The notes: generated from the letters alone by a model not told the origin. Counted from the stretch's first letter, positions 13,326 through 28,914 are shown. The stretch is 64,000 nt of DNA from Nannocystis bainbridge (GCF_028368995.1 NZ_JAQNDL010000001.1:3712001-3776000); one strand, 5' to 3'. Program-made: numbers and translations.

Positions 13326-14120
13326 ATGACACCGCCCATTTTAAAATATCCCCGCACGCAGCACCTCGAGGGCTCGCGCTTCCAGCACGGCGACCACGAC
13401 CTCGACGCGGTGCCGTTCCGCGACCTCCGCGGCCGCTTCGTCGTGGTCGAGGAGAAGATGGACGGCGGCAACGCCGGCATCAGCTTCGACGGCTCAGGCC
13501 AACTGCTGCTGCAGAGCCGCGGCCACTACCTGACCGGCGGCGGCCGCGAGCGCCACTTCGACCTGCTCAAGCGCTGGGCCAACACCCACGTCGACGACCT
13601 CTATTTGGCCCTCGGCGAGCGCTTCGTGATGTACGGCGAATGGATGTACGCCAAGCACACCTGCTTCTACGACGCGCTGCCCCACTACTTCATGGAGTTC
13701 GACATCTTCGACCGCGAGACCGGCGAGTTCCTGTCGACCGCGCGCCGCCGCGAGCTGCTGCGCGGCCTGCCGGTGGTCTCGGTCGCGGTGCTGTGGGAGG
13801 GCCACCCCGAGCGGCCGGCCGACATCACCCGCCACGCCGGCCCGTCGCGGTTCAAGACCCCACAATGGCGCGAGCGGCTGGCCGCAGCCGGCGCGTCGGC
13901 CGGGGTGTCGCAGGCCCAGGTGATCGCCGAGACCGACGGCTTCGACGACATGGAGGGCCTCTACATCAAGGTCGAGGAGGAGGGCCGCGTCACCGCTCGC
14001 CTCAAGTGGGTCCGCGCCAGCTTCCTCAACGCGATCCTCGACAGCGGCAGCCACTGGCTCGACCGCCCGATCGTCCCCAACCAACTCGCCGACGACGTCG
14101 ACCTGTGGGCCCCCGCGTGA
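13326..14120 (+). CDS. ATP-dependent RNA ligase family protein
   Basis: KYPRTQHL N-terminus, motif I EEKMDG, YGEW, FDIFD, EGLYIK, and K in RLKWVR; AAGGAG RBS. Confidence 0.88.
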   Translation: MTPPILKYPRTQHLEGSRFQHGDHDLDAVPFRDLRGRFVVVEEKMDGGNAGISFDGSGQLLLQSRGHYLTGGGRERHFDLLKRWANTHVDDLYLALGERFVMYGEWMYAKHTCFYDALPHYFMEFDIFDRETGEFLSTARRRELLRGLPVVSVAVLWEGHPERPADITRHAGPSRFKTPQWRERLAAAGASAGVSQAQVIAETDGFDDMEGLYIKVEEEGRVTARLKWVRASFLNAILDSGSHWLDRPIVPNQLADDVDLWAPA

Positions 14121-14151
14121 GGCCCACGGCGCGTCGACGGAGGACCTCGCC

Positions 14152-15270
14152 ATGCTGCTTCCCTATCCCTGCCCCGCCGATCCGGCGATCTCGACGGCTG
14201 TCCCCTGGGACAGCTTGTGGGAGCCGTGGATCGCGCCGATGGCCGCGTGCCCGCAAGACCCGGAGCACCACGCCGAGGGCGACGTCTGGACGCACACCAA
14301 GATGGTGTGCGAGGCGCTGGTCGACCTGCCCGGCTGGCAAGCGCTCGCGCCCGCCGACCGCGAGGTGGTGTTCGCGTCAGCGCTGCTCCACGACATCGCC
14401 AAGCCGGTGTGCACGCGCATCGAGGACGGGCGGATCCGCCAGCCCGGTCACTCGCCGCGCGGGGCGCTGATGGTCCGCGCGATGCTTTGGAAGATGGGCG
14501 TCGATCCGCTCGTGCGCGAGCGGATCGCCGCGCTGGTGCGGACCCATCAGATCCCGTTCTTCCTCATCGACCAGGACGACGCCCGCCGGCGCGCGGCGCA
14601 GATCAGCCAGACGGTCCGCTGCGACCACCTGGCCCTGCTGACCCGCGCCGACGCGCTCGGACGGATCTGCCGCGACCCGCAGCGACTGCTCGACAACATC
14701 GACCTGTTCGTCGATTTCTGCGCCGAGCACGAATGCCTCGACCAGCCGTGGACGTTCCCGAGCGCGCACACGCGATTCGTGTACTTTCGCAGCGAGGATC
14801 GCGACCCGCGCTTCGCGGTGCACGACGACACCCGCTGCGAGGTCGTCTTGATGTCGGGCCTGCCCGGCAGCGGCAAGGATCACTGGATCGCGCACAACCT
14901 CGACCTGCCGGTGATCTCGCTCGACGCGCTGCGCGAGGAGCTCGACCTGTCGCCGACGGGGCCGCAGCACGCGGTGATCCAGGCCGCGCGCGAGCAAGCC
15001 CGCGAGTACCTGCGCCGCGGGCAGTCGTTCGTGTGGAACGCGACCAACCTGAGCCGCGAGCTGCGCGGGCGCCTGATCGATCTGTGCACCGATTACGGGG
15101 CGCGCGTGCGGGTCGTGTTCCTCGACACGCCGTATCGCCGGGTGCTGCGTCAGAACCGCGAGCGCGAGGCCCAGGTGCCGCTGGCGGCGATCGAGCGCAT
15201 GCTGGGGCGCTGGGAGCCGCCCGACCTGACCGAGGCGCATCAGGTCGAGTGGATCTTGCAAGGCGATTGA
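14152..15270 (+). CDS. HD-domain phosphoesterase fused to P-loop (AAA_33-like) polynucleotide kinase, HD-Pnk-like
   Basis: HHAEGDVWTHT, LLHDIAK, Walker A GLPGSGKD, WNATN; GGAGG RBS. Confidence 0.88.
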   Translation: MLLPYPCPADPAISTAVPWDSLWEPWIAPMAACPQDPEHHAEGDVWTHTKMVCEALVDLPGWQALAPADREVVFASALLHDIAKPVCTRIEDGRIRQPGHSPRGALMVRAMLWKMGVDPLVRERIAALVRTHQIPFFLIDQDDARRRAAQISQTVRCDHLALLTRADALGRICRDPQRLLDNIDLFVDFCAEHECLDQPWTFPSAHTRFVYFRSEDRDPRFAVHDDTRCEVVLMSGLPGSGKDHWIAHNLDLPVISLDALREELDLSPTGPQHAVIQAAREQAREYLRRGQSFVWNATNLSRELRGRLIDLCTDYGARVRVVFLDTPYRRVLRQNREREAQVPLAAIERMLGRWEPPDLTEAHQVEWILQGD

Positions 15271-15291
15271 GCGCGTCGCGGCGCGCGGCCC

Positions 15292-16296
15292 TCAATCGCC
15301 GAGACGACGGCGGCCGCCGAGGTCGACCTGCACGCCGACGCCGGTCGCGAGCGCGCGACCGTGCAGATAATGGGCGACGGCCACGTCCTCGACCCCGAGG
15401 CCGAGCGATTTGAAGAGGGTGATGTCGGCGTCGCTGCGTCGGCCCTCGCACGCGCCGCACAGCAGCTCGCCGAGCTCGCCGAGGATGTGGCCGTCGTCGA
15501 TGATCCCCTCGGCGCGCGCGAGCAAGAAATCACCCGACTCCGCCAGCGCCGATTCGCAGCGGTCGACGTAGAGCCGCGCGCGGGCGACGGCGCGGGCGTC
15601 GAGCTCGCGGGCCGCGGGCACGCAGGCGCCGACCGCGTTCACGTGGGTGCCCGGGGCCAGCCACTCGCCGTACAGCACCGGCTCGCGCGAGGAAGTGGTG
15701 GTGCACACGATCGCCGCGCCGTCGACCGCCTCGCGCGCCGAGCCGACGGCGCGCACCTCGAGCGGGAACCGCTGCCGGGCCTGGCGCGCGAACGCCTCGC
15801 GGTTGGCCGGCGTGGCGCTGAAGACCCGCACGCGGCGGATCGGTCGCACGCACTGCATCGCCTCGAGGTGGGTCCATGCCTGCGTGCCGGCGCCGAGGAT
15901 CGCCAGCTCGTCGGCGCCCTCCCGGGCCAGGGCGCGGGTCGCCACCGCCGAGACCGCGGCGGTGCGGATCGCGGTGACCTCGGTGGCGTCGAGGATCGCC
16001 CGCGGCGCGCCGGTGTCGGCGTCGAACAGGGTCACGAGGCCCTGATGCGAATCGAACGGGGTGCCGTGATTGCTCGGGAACACGGCGACGATCTTGAGCC
16101 CGAGCGCCTGCCGCGATTGCAGCGCCGCCGGCATCATGCCGAGGATCGCTCCGCCGGCGAGCCGCATGCCCCAGCGCAGCGGGCTGGTCGCCTCGTCGCG
16201 CGCGAGCGCGGTCAACACCTCGGCCATCTGCTCGATGCATTCCGCCATCGGCAGGAGCTGGCGGATCTCGCGTTGCGTAAGAATCACCGTGGTCAT
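15292..16296 (-). CDS. Ornithine cyclodeaminase/mu-crystallin family protein
   Basis: TAIRTAAVS, ILGAGTQA, GTHVNAVGA, LFKSLGLGVED. Confidence 0.92.
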   Translation of the reverse strand: MTTVILTQREIRQLLPMAECIEQMAEVLTALARDEATSPLRWGMRLAGGAILGMMPAALQSRQALGLKIVAVFPSNHGTPFDSHQGLVTLFDADTGAPRAILDATEVTAIRTAAVSAVATRALAREGADELAILGAGTQAWTHLEAMQCVRPIRRVRVFSATPANREAFARQARQRFPLEVRAVGSAREAVDGAAIVCTTTSSREPVLYGEWLAPGTHVNAVGACVPAARELDARAVARARLYVDRCESALAESGDFLLARAEGIIDDGHILGELGELLCGACEGRRSDADITLFKSLGLGVEDVAVAHYLHGRALATGVGVQVDLGGRRRLGD

Positions 16297-16761
16297 GCTG
16301 CGGCGCGACGGTCGCACGCGGCCGCGGCGCGCACAAGCGCCTGCGAACGTGCAGGCGCGCGAGCGCGAGGGGCGAGACCGCCCGATCGTGACAGCGAGCC
16401 CGGCGATTCGCCGGTTTGCCCGTCGGGGTCCGCGGTGATGCGACGGATGCATGACCCCGGTCGGGGATGACATTGGCCGTGGGTGTGACGAAGACTCAAT
16501 CGCAGCAGCATCTGGCGCGCGGCACGGTCGTCGGGGTCACCACCAGCGAACGAGCGGCTGACCGCGAGCGGCCCGCAGCGCTCGCCAGGCCGCGAGCCCG
16601 CGCCGTGCAAGTGAAGCCTCGCGCTTACACCTGCAACCGAGCCCACGACAGCCGACGTGCGACCCATCTGCTCGCTCGCGTTCGCCAGGCCAGCGCCGGA
16701 TCGTGGCCCCGCGGGAGCGCCGGGCCGGGCGCGCCGGCGGGTGCGTGCTATGCATCCTGCG

Positions 16762-17727
16762 ATGCCCCGGATCCTCCTCACCGGCGCCACTGGGTTCGTC
16801 GGCCGCGCGGTTCGGCCGGCGTTGCTGCGCGCGGGCTGGCAGGTCCGCGGGCTCAGCCGTGACGTCCGCCGCGCGCGCGATCGCTGGCCGGAGATCGAGT
16901 GGGTCCAGGGCGACGTCGGCGACCCTGCCGTCTGCGCCCGCGCGCTGGCCGATTGCGACGCGGCGCTCTACCTGGTCCACGCGATCGGCGAGGGCGCCGA
17001 CTTTCGCCGGCGCGAGCTGGCAGCGGCGCAGACCTTCGCCGCCGCTGCCGCGGAGGTCCCTTCGATGCGGCGCATCGTCTACCTCGGCGGGGTCGCGCCC
17101 GGCGACGAGCCGTCCGAGCATTTGCAGAGCCGGCTCGAGGTCGGTGAGGCGCTGCGCGCCGGCCCGGTCCCGGCGATCGAGCTGCGCGCCAGCATGATCG
17201 TCGGCCACGGCAGCCTGAGCTGGCTGGTGGTCCGCGACCTGGCCGCGCGCCTGCCGGTGATGGTGCTGCCGCGCTGGCTCCGCTCGCGCACCGAGCCGGT
17301 GGCGATCGACGACGTCGTGGTCGCGCTAGTGCAGGCGCTGGCGCTTGAGCAGGCCGGCAGCGCGTGGTTCGACATCCCCGGCCCCGACGTGCTCACGGGC
17401 AAGCAGATCCTCGAGGAGGTCGCCCGCGCGATGGGCCACGGGCGCCCGCGCTCGCTCGACGTCCCGCTGCTTTCGCCGCGCCTGTCGTCGCTGTGGGTCC
17501 GCTTCGTCACCCGCGCCGAATGGTCGGTGGCCCGCAACATCGTCGTCGGTCTGACGCACGACCTGCTGGCCCGCAACGACGATTACTGGCGCCGCATCGG
17601 TCACCCCGTGCGGCTGCCCTTCGCCGAGGCCGCGAAGCGAGCGCTGGATGCCGAGGCGCGCGAGGGCGTCCCGGTGCGCGGCCCGTGGGGCGTGGTCGAG
17701 CGCGTGCTGGCGACGCACGGCTCCTAG
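16762..17727 (+). CDS. NAD(P)-binding atypical SDR / epimerase family protein
   Basis: LTGATGFVG Rossmann motif, RIVYLGG, SEHLQSRLEVG. Confidence 0.88.
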   Translation: MPRILLTGATGFVGRAVRPALLRAGWQVRGLSRDVRRARDRWPEIEWVQGDVGDPAVCARALADCDAALYLVHAIGEGADFRRRELAAAQTFAAAAAEVPSMRRIVYLGGVAPGDEPSEHLQSRLEVGEALRAGPVPAIELRASMIVGHGSLSWLVVRDLAARLPVMVLPRWLRSRTEPVAIDDVVVALVQALALEQAGSAWFDIPGPDVLTGKQILEEVARAMGHGRPRSLDVPLLSPRLSSLWVRFVTRAEWSVARNIVVGLTHDLLARNDDYWRRIGHPVRLPFAEAAKRALDAEAREGVPVRGPWGVVERVLATHGS

Positions 17728-17739
17728 CCCGCCCCGCGC

Positions 17740-18570
17740 TCATTCGTGCCAGGGCTCCCACAGCGTGCGCAGGCTGACCAGCGCACCGCTGGCGCCCTGG
17801 ATCTCGGCCTTGTAGGTAGTCCCGCCGGTGAGCCTGAGGCCCGGGTCGTTGTCGTAGTGGCGACCGACCCATGTGCCGGGCTTGATCGTGTCGGTCGAGC
17901 CGCGCTCCCACCAGCACTCGAGGTCGCAGTCGAAGAGCTCGCAGGTGCGGCGGCATTTCCACCAATCGGTGGTGAACGTGGCGTCGCCGGTGCCCTCGCG
18001 GCCCTGCATGGCGACCGCCTCGTATTCGCCGGAGTTCATGTCCGACGTCGATTCGGCCCACTCCCAGCCCTGCGTGCAATGGCTGCGCTCGGGGCGGGTA
18101 CAAAAAGTGGTCTTGAACCACTGCTGCTCCCAGTCGTCGCGCGTCGGCGAGACCGTGGCGACCGGCAGCGTCGGCGGCGAGACCGGCTTCGGCGACGGTG
18201 ACACCTCCTCGACCTCGCGCTCGGCCTGGCGGTCGAGCGCCGCGGCGAGCGCGGGCGGTGGTTCGCGGCCGGGCGCCAGCCTCGACCACACCTCGGCCGC
18301 GCCCTCGCGCATCAGCTCCGGCGTCACCGCGCGCTCGGGGTCGTCGACGCTGCCGCGCTCGACCACGCTGATGAGCCCGGGCTCGAGCTCCTCGAACAGC
18401 ACCACGTGGCCGCCGCCGAGGTCGAGCTCGGCCAGCACGCCCGGCTGCGTCGCCGGCGCGGCCTGTGCCGCCGGCTCGGCCTGCTCCGGCGTCGCGGGGC
18501 TCGGGACCGCCTCGTCCGCGTCGCAAGCAGCCAGCGCGATCGACACGATGATGGCTGCCCGTCGAAGCAT
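17740..18570 (-). CDS. Hypothetical lipoprotein with Cys/Trp-rich C-terminal domain
   Basis: MLRRAAIIVSIALAAC lipobox; GAGGA RBS; GC3-rich codons. Confidence 0.75.
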   Translation of the reverse strand: MLRRAAIIVSIALAACDADEAVPSPATPEQAEPAAQAAPATQPGVLAELDLGGGHVVLFEELEPGLISVVERGSVDDPERAVTPELMREGAAEVWSRLAPGREPPPALAAALDRQAEREVEEVSPSPKPVSPPTLPVATVSPTRDDWEQQWFKTTFCTRPERSHCTQGWEWAESTSDMNSGEYEAVAMQGREGTGDATFTTDWWKCRRTCELFDCDLECWWERGSTDTIKPGTWVGRHYDNDPGLRLTGGTTYKAEIQGASGALVSLRTLWEPWHE

Positions 18571-19096
18571 GGGGTCCTCGCAGGTCGCGCCCGGCGCGAC
18601 GCGGTGACCTTGACACCCGGGCCGCAGGACGCAAGCGCAGCTCCGCGCGTCCGGCAGGCTCGGCCACAGGGCGCGCGCAGAGAAGGCCGGTCGCGCCTCG
18701 TCCGCGAACCGGTCGCAGCCACGATCCTCGTTCGGCGTCGATCGCGGCCCGGTGGCAGCTGACCGCACATTCGCCGTCATGCCATTGACCCGTGATCGAT
18801 CGGCGTATTCCACATCGTCCTTCCCCACCGATCGCTCGCACGTGCGATTGGGCGATCCTTGCCATTCGGGGGATCTTGCCCACGCGGCCTTTGGGCCCCC
18901 TCGCGAACCGCGATGTCTCTTCAAGACGCGCATTTTGTCGCGAGATCGGGGACGACGTGAAACCGCTGTTTGCGAAATCATGCCTTGCAACCCGGCCCTA
19001 GGTCGGTCACCTTCGGGCTCCCATCTCTGCCGGCGGTCTTGCGGCCGTCGCCGGCGGGGCGTGATCGCGTGGGCCGCGGAGACCGGAAAACAGACC

Positions 19097-19444
19097 ATGG
19101 CAGCCTATTTTCGCTTCACCGACACCAATGGCCAGCCGCGCTTCGTGATCGAGCTCAACGACGAGGCCAAGATTGCGCATGCGCGGCGGATCCTCAGCGG
19201 CGAGGAGACCCAGCGGATCCACATCCACGGGCGCATCATCAAGCGGCCTGTGCCCTACAACCCGGGCTGGTCGTTCCACCTGGACTCGAACACCATCGAT
19301 TTCTTCGACATGGCGATCGAAGTGTGCGACTCGAGCATGCAATACCTCGAGGATCACCTCGACGAGGCCGGCGGCGCCTTCCTGCCCGGCGGGCACTGGT
19401 GCCCGTGGTCGTCGCGGCTGGTCGACGAGGTCAAGCCGGGGTAG
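19097..19444 (+). CDS. BP74-like / calmodulin-binding-protein-related small protein
   Basis: FVIEL..IAHARRIL..GRI..YNPGWSFHLD..AIEVCD..WCPWSSRL pattern. Confidence 0.78.
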   Translation: MAAYFRFTDTNGQPRFVIELNDEAKIAHARRILSGEETQRIHIHGRIIKRPVPYNPGWSFHLDSNTIDFFDMAIEVCDSSMQYLEDHLDEAGGAFLPGGHWCPWSSRLVDEVKPG

Positions 19445-19604
19445 CGGCATTCGCCGTGATCGTCGCCCTGCGGTCGCAGGGCGGCGCGGCGCATTGCGCC
19501 TGATCGCAAGGTGGCGCCATTGGCATGACCGCCGAACGGCGCTCGTGAATGGCGGCAATCACACGCCGGCGCTCGGGGCCGGCGCTCGTCATTTCGCCCC
19601 GCGC

Positions 19605-20747
19605 TCAGCGCACGACGAAGCGCAGGCCGGCGGCCTGCAGGCGCTCGATGAGCAGCTCGCCGCAGGCGGCCGCCGTGGTCGACACGCCACCTGTCTCTTT
19701 GCACATGTCTCGTTGTAACACCAGGCACAGCGCCGTCTCGCCGGCCATCTTGGCCGTCTCGTCGTAGCCCGGGTCGCCGCCGGAGACCTCGGCGATCACC
19801 GGCGGGTCGTCGCCGGCGCGGCCGACGAAGGTCACCTTGAACCAGCTCTTGGCCCGCACCTCGGGCGCGGGGCCGCTGCCGGGCGGGTGCATGCGCGACA
19901 GCAGGCGGCGCAGCGGGCCGATCTTGGCCGCGCCGACCAGCGCCCCGGCGCCCGCGATCGCCAGGCCGACGTGGTAGAGCCGCGGCATCGCCACGTAGTG
20001 CGCGTAGCTGAACTCGGGCCCGTAGTCGCCGCGCAGCCGGGCCGAGCGGCGAGCGATCTGCGGGTCGATGGTCGGCATCGGCACCGCCCAGCGGCCGAGC
20101 TCGCGCTGGTAGTGGATCGCGGCTCGCTTGCGTCCGCTCGGAGCGCCGCTCCGCGGCTTGCGTGAAGGGGTCGGGGCGCCGAGCACGCCGAGCGCGGACG
20201 CGAGCGTGCCGCCGGAGAAGCTGCCGCGGCCCTCGAGATAGCCGGCGATCGTCAGCGGCCGGCCCTGCGGGAGGGCGCGCGTGGTCCACAACACGCCGAG
20301 GTCGGTGGGGATGCTGTCGAAGCCGCAACACGGCAGCACGAGCACGCCGCGGGCCCGCGCCGCGGCGTCGTACGCGGCGATGATGCTTTCGACGAAGGCG
20401 GGCTCGCCGGTGAGGTCGAGGTAGTCGGCACCCTGCTCGACGCACGCGCGCACCACTGGTTCGCCGTAGCGCACGTAGGGACCGACGGTCGTTAGGATCA
20501 CGCGCGAGCTGGCCGCCATGCGCGCGAGCGCGGCGGGGTCGTCGGTGTCGGCGACGACGATCCCGACCTCACGCCCGAGCTCCGCGGCGACCGCGGCGAG
20601 CTTGTCGCGCGAGCGCCCTGCGACCGCGAGACGCACCTCGGGGGGCGCGTGGGCGGCGAGGTAGGCGGCGCACAGACGGCCGACGAAGCCGGTCGCGCCG
20701 AACACGGTGATGTCCCAGTCTCTCGCGGATGCAGCGGGCGGCGTCAC
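19605..20747 (-). CDS. Saccharopine dehydrogenase-like oxidoreductase
   Basis: VFGATGFVG, TVGPYVRYGE, DLTGE, CGFDSIPTD, GDPGY. Confidence 0.92.
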   Translation of the reverse strand: MTPPAASARDWDITVFGATGFVGRLCAAYLAAHAPPEVRLAVAGRSRDKLAAVAAELGREVGIVVADTDDPAALARMAASSRVILTTVGPYVRYGEPVVRACVEQGADYLDLTGEPAFVESIIAAYDAAARARGVLVLPCCGFDSIPTDLGVLWTTRALPQGRPLTIAGYLEGRGSFSGGTLASALGVLGAPTPSRKPRSGAPSGRKRAAIHYQRELGRWAVPMPTIDPQIARRSARLRGDYGPEFSYAHYVAMPRLYHVGLAIAGAGALVGAAKIGPLRRLLSRMHPPGSGPAPEVRAKSWFKVTFVGRAGDDPPVIAEVSGGDPGYDETAKMAGETALCLVLQRDMCKETGGVSTTAAACGELLIERLQAAGLRFVVR

Positions 20748-20800
20748 CGGGCGAGGATACCTTGTTTCTCGCGCGCGACCTGGCGATACACTCGTCCGCC

Positions 20801-25897
<5,097 letters not shown>

Positions 25898-26196
25898 TGT
25901 CCGCAGGGACAGGTCGCGGAGCGACATGTCCTCCGGGACATGTCGCGCGATCGCCCGCTCGACCCCTGCAGCGCATGAATGCGCGCCCAGCCATGCGCGC
26001 AAGATCCGAAGGGAGCACCCCGACCTGGACTATCGGAACATCCCCGGGGTCAAATCACCCCGACGCGCCGATCTAACCTGTCCCAAAGGACATTCATGTC
26101 GAACGACGCCGTGTCCCGCAATCACATGTCCCGAGGGACATGCGCGATCAAGACGATCGGCGCCGCGACCGCCGCTGTCACATGTCCGAACGGACA
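25898..26196. repeat. Cluster of five TGTC-N6-GACA palindromes
   Basis: Perfect copies at 25898, 25927, 26079, 26127, 26183. Confidence 0.85.
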
Positions 26197-26389
26197 GATG
26201 AATCCGCGCCCCGTCGATGCGAACCCAGCCACTGGCACATCGTCCCGCGCCCCCTTTTGAGCCCTTCTTTAAAAGGGGCGCACGCGGGATGCGATCGAAT
26301 CTGGCCGCTCCCGCGCACATCAGAAGAGGGTTGTTACCGGGCTCCATCTCGGGTCATGCCCATTCGGGCGTGGCCCACCGCGCGAACGA

Positions 26390-26878
26390 TCAGCTCGCCA
26401 TCGACGAGGGCGAGGCGCAGTACAGCGGGCTGTGCAGCGCGTCACCGAGGCGGCGGACCACCTCGTCGTCGGTCAGGTCGAGCCAGTCGTGGCCGATCTC
26501 GACATGCACCCGCGCGTACGCGCGCGGCGACAGCGCTCGACGCAGGTCGCCGAGCGCACGCGGCGGGGCGACGAGGATCACTCGCTGGACGCGGCGGTCG
26601 CCGACGCCGCGGTCGACGAACGCGGCGATCTGGCCGCTGAACTCGACCTCGGCCTTGTCGTGCGGGTTGCTGCGCGGCTCGAACGTGTGGCGGGCGGCGC
26701 CCGCGGACCCGCGCGAGCGGCCTGGGCGGTCTTCACCGACCTCATGGTTGAGCTCTCGCCCGCTCGTGAATCCGTCGCCGAACGGCCGGGTCAGCGCGGC
26801 GCCGGGTGCTTCCTGCACCAGGATCCGGCTACGCGAGCCGTCCATGAGGACGATCCAGGTAGGAGTGTGGGGCTTCAT
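26390..26878 (-). CDS. Host attachment protein family (baeRF12-like)
   Basis: TWIVLMDGSRSRI, DRPGRS, ILVAPPRALGDLR, DLT motifs. Confidence 0.85.
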   Translation of the reverse strand: MKPHTPTWIVLMDGSRSRILVQEAPGAALTRPFGDGFTSGRELNHEVGEDRPGRSRGSAGAARHTFEPRSNPHDKAEVEFSGQIAAFVDRGVGDRRVQRVILVAPPRALGDLRRALSPRAYARVHVEIGHDWLDLTDDEVVRRLGDALHSPLYCASPSSMAS

Positions 26879-27131
26879 GTCAAAAACCCTGATCGGGGAA
26901 GCCTCGTGAGGCCAACCGAAAAATTCCAACCTGGAGCGTCGCCGCGCCACCGGAGCGGATTTGCCGACATCCTGGTGAATGCAGCCGGCGGCAGCCTCGC
27001 CCCCAAGCAGGCTCTACGGGCTGTCAGGGCCCGCTGGCGGGCTGGCGCGGCAGATTTCACGGATCTGGCCGGAGTTCCGTGGATTGACGACCCGTTCAGC
27101 ATATTGTACGCCTGAAGAGTCCGAGGAACCG

Positions 27132-27926
27132 ATGAGCGCCGTCCTGCCGCACGCCCCGCTGTCCGTCCTGAGCCCCTCGCCTGCCCCGGTCGCGCTGCGC
27201 CTTGACGGCGTCACCAAGCGCCACGGCGCCGGCGGCGACGCGGTCGTGGCGCTCGACACGATGTCCTTCGCCGTGAAGAAGGGCGAATTCGTGTGCGTCG
27301 TCGGGGCCTCCGGCTGCGGCAAGTCGACCATGCTGAACCTCGTCGCCGGGCTCGACACGCCCTCGGCCGGCAAGGTCACCGTCGCCGGCGAGCGCCCCGC
27401 TCTGATGTTCCAGGAGTCGGCGCTATTCCCCTGGCTCAGCGTCGAGGAGAACGTCGCCTTCCCGCTGCAGATGCAGGGCCTGTCGCGCAAGGCCCGGGCC
27501 GCGCGGGTCGCCGAGCTGCTGCACCTCGTCCACCTCGACAAGTTCGCCAAGCGGCGCCCGCACGAGCTTTCGGGCGGCATGAAGCAGCGCGTCGCCCTCG
27601 CCCGCGCCCTCGCCCAGCAGGCCGAGCTGCTGCTGATGGACGAGCCGTTCGCCGCCCTCGACGCCATGATGCGCGACCACCTCCACAGCGAGCTCGAGAC
27701 CCTGTGGCAGAAGACCGGCCTCACCGTCGTGTTCGTCACCCACAACGTCCGCGAGGCCGTGCGCCTCGGCGACCGCGTCCTGCTCCTGTCCTCGCGGCCA
27801 GGTCGGCTCGTCGCCGAGTACCAGGTCGACCTCGACCGCCCGCGCCGCATCGAGTCGCCCGAGGTCGCCCGCCTCGCCCGCACGATCACCGACCGCCTGC
27901 TCGAGGCCGCCCGTGCCGCAGCGTGA
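27132..27926 (+). CDS. ABC transporter ATP-binding protein (nitrate/sulfonate type)
   Basis: GASGCGKST, LSGGMKQR, LLLMDEPFAALD, FVTHN. Confidence 0.93.
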   Translation: MSAVLPHAPLSVLSPSPAPVALRLDGVTKRHGAGGDAVVALDTMSFAVKKGEFVCVVGASGCGKSTMLNLVAGLDTPSAGKVTVAGERPALMFQESALFPWLSVEENVAFPLQMQGLSRKARAARVAELLHLVHLDKFAKRRPHELSGGMKQRVALARALAQQAELLLMDEPFAALDAMMRDHLHSELETLWQKTGLTVVFVTHNVREAVRLGDRVLLLSSRPGRLVAEYQVDLDRPRRIESPEVARLARTITDRLLEAARAAA

Positions 27927-28914
27927 GCTCGCCGGCGACCCCCTGGCCCGCGCGCACCTGCACGCCGTGCCCGGCGGCGACGACGGCGGGGCCACCGGTC
28001 GTGAGGGACATGTCCTGATCGACATGCCCGAACGGACAGAGGCCGAGGACCCGCTGCGCGCCGGCCTGCGCGCCGCCGTCGGCGACCCCTCGCACGACAG
28101 CCCCGGCCCCGGCGACCGGCCCGGCCGCGGGCGCGCGCTGTGGTCCAGCGCCTGGCCCAAGCTGACCGCGGTGGCGATGGCCCTGGTGGTGTGGGAGCTG
28201 GTGGTGCTGAGCGGCTGGCGGCCCGAGTACGTGCTGCCGGGCCCGGGCGCGGTGCTCGGCCGGCTGTGGACCGACCTGCTGGCCGGCGACATCGGCGTGG
28301 CCGCGGCGATCACGATGAAGCGGGCGGTGATCGGCTACGCGATCGCGCTGGTCGCCGGGGTCAGCCTCGGCCTCGTGCTCGCGCGGGTGAAGGTCCTGCG
28401 CACCGCCGCGGGCTCACTGCTGACCGGCCTGCAGACGATGCCGAGCGTGGCGTGGTTCCCGCTGGCGATCTTGCTGTTCCAGCTCAGCGAGGCGGCGATC
28501 CTCGCGGTCGTGGTGCTCGGCGCGGCGCCGTCGATCGCCATCGGCCTGCTCACCAGCACCGACCAGGTCCCGCCGCTGCTGGTCCGCGCCGGCAAGGTCA
28601 TGGGCGCCCGCGGCTTCGCGCTGTACCGCCACATCATCATCCCCGCCGCCCTGCCCGGCTTCGTCGCCGGCCTCAAGCAGGGCTGGGCGTTCGCCTGGCG
28701 CAGCCTCATGGCCGGCGAGCTGCTCGTCATCATCGGCCACGCCCCGTCGATCGGCGTGCGCCTGCAGTTCTCGCGCGAGCTCAGCGACGCCGAGGGCCTG
28801 CTCGCCTGGATGCTCGTCGTCATGCTGCTCGGCGTGCTCGTCGACGGCCTGGTGTTCGGCGCGCTCGAGCGGAAGATCCGCGAAGGCCGCGGGCTCACCG
28901 CCGAGCACGCGTGA
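27913..28914 (+). CDS. ABC transporter permease (SsuC/TauC type)
   Basis: LQTMPSVAWFPL, AWRSLMAGEL, multiple TM helices; start uncertain. Confidence 0.88.
   Translation: MPQRELAGDPLARAHLHAVPGGDDGGATGREGHVLIDMPERTEAEDPLRAGLRAAVGDPSHDSPGPGDRPGRGRALWSSAWPKLTAVAMALVVWELVVLSGWRPEYVLPGPGAVLGRLWTDLLAGDIGVAAAITMKRAVIGYAIALVAGVSLGLVLARVKVLRTAAGSLLTGLQTMPSVAWFPLAILLFQLSEAAILAVVVLGAAPSIAIGLLTSTDQVPPLLVRAGKVMGARGFALYRHIIIPAALPGFVAGLKQGWAFAWRSLMAGELLVIIGHAPSIGVRLQFSRELSDAEGLLAWMLVVMLLGVLVDGLVFGALERKIREGRGLTAEHA

Noticed and set aside
25898-26196. parS, matS or CRP-family identity for the TGTC-N6-GACA motif
   Set aside because: parS and CRP sites are 16 bp with different arms and matS is 13 bp; length and sequence do not fit
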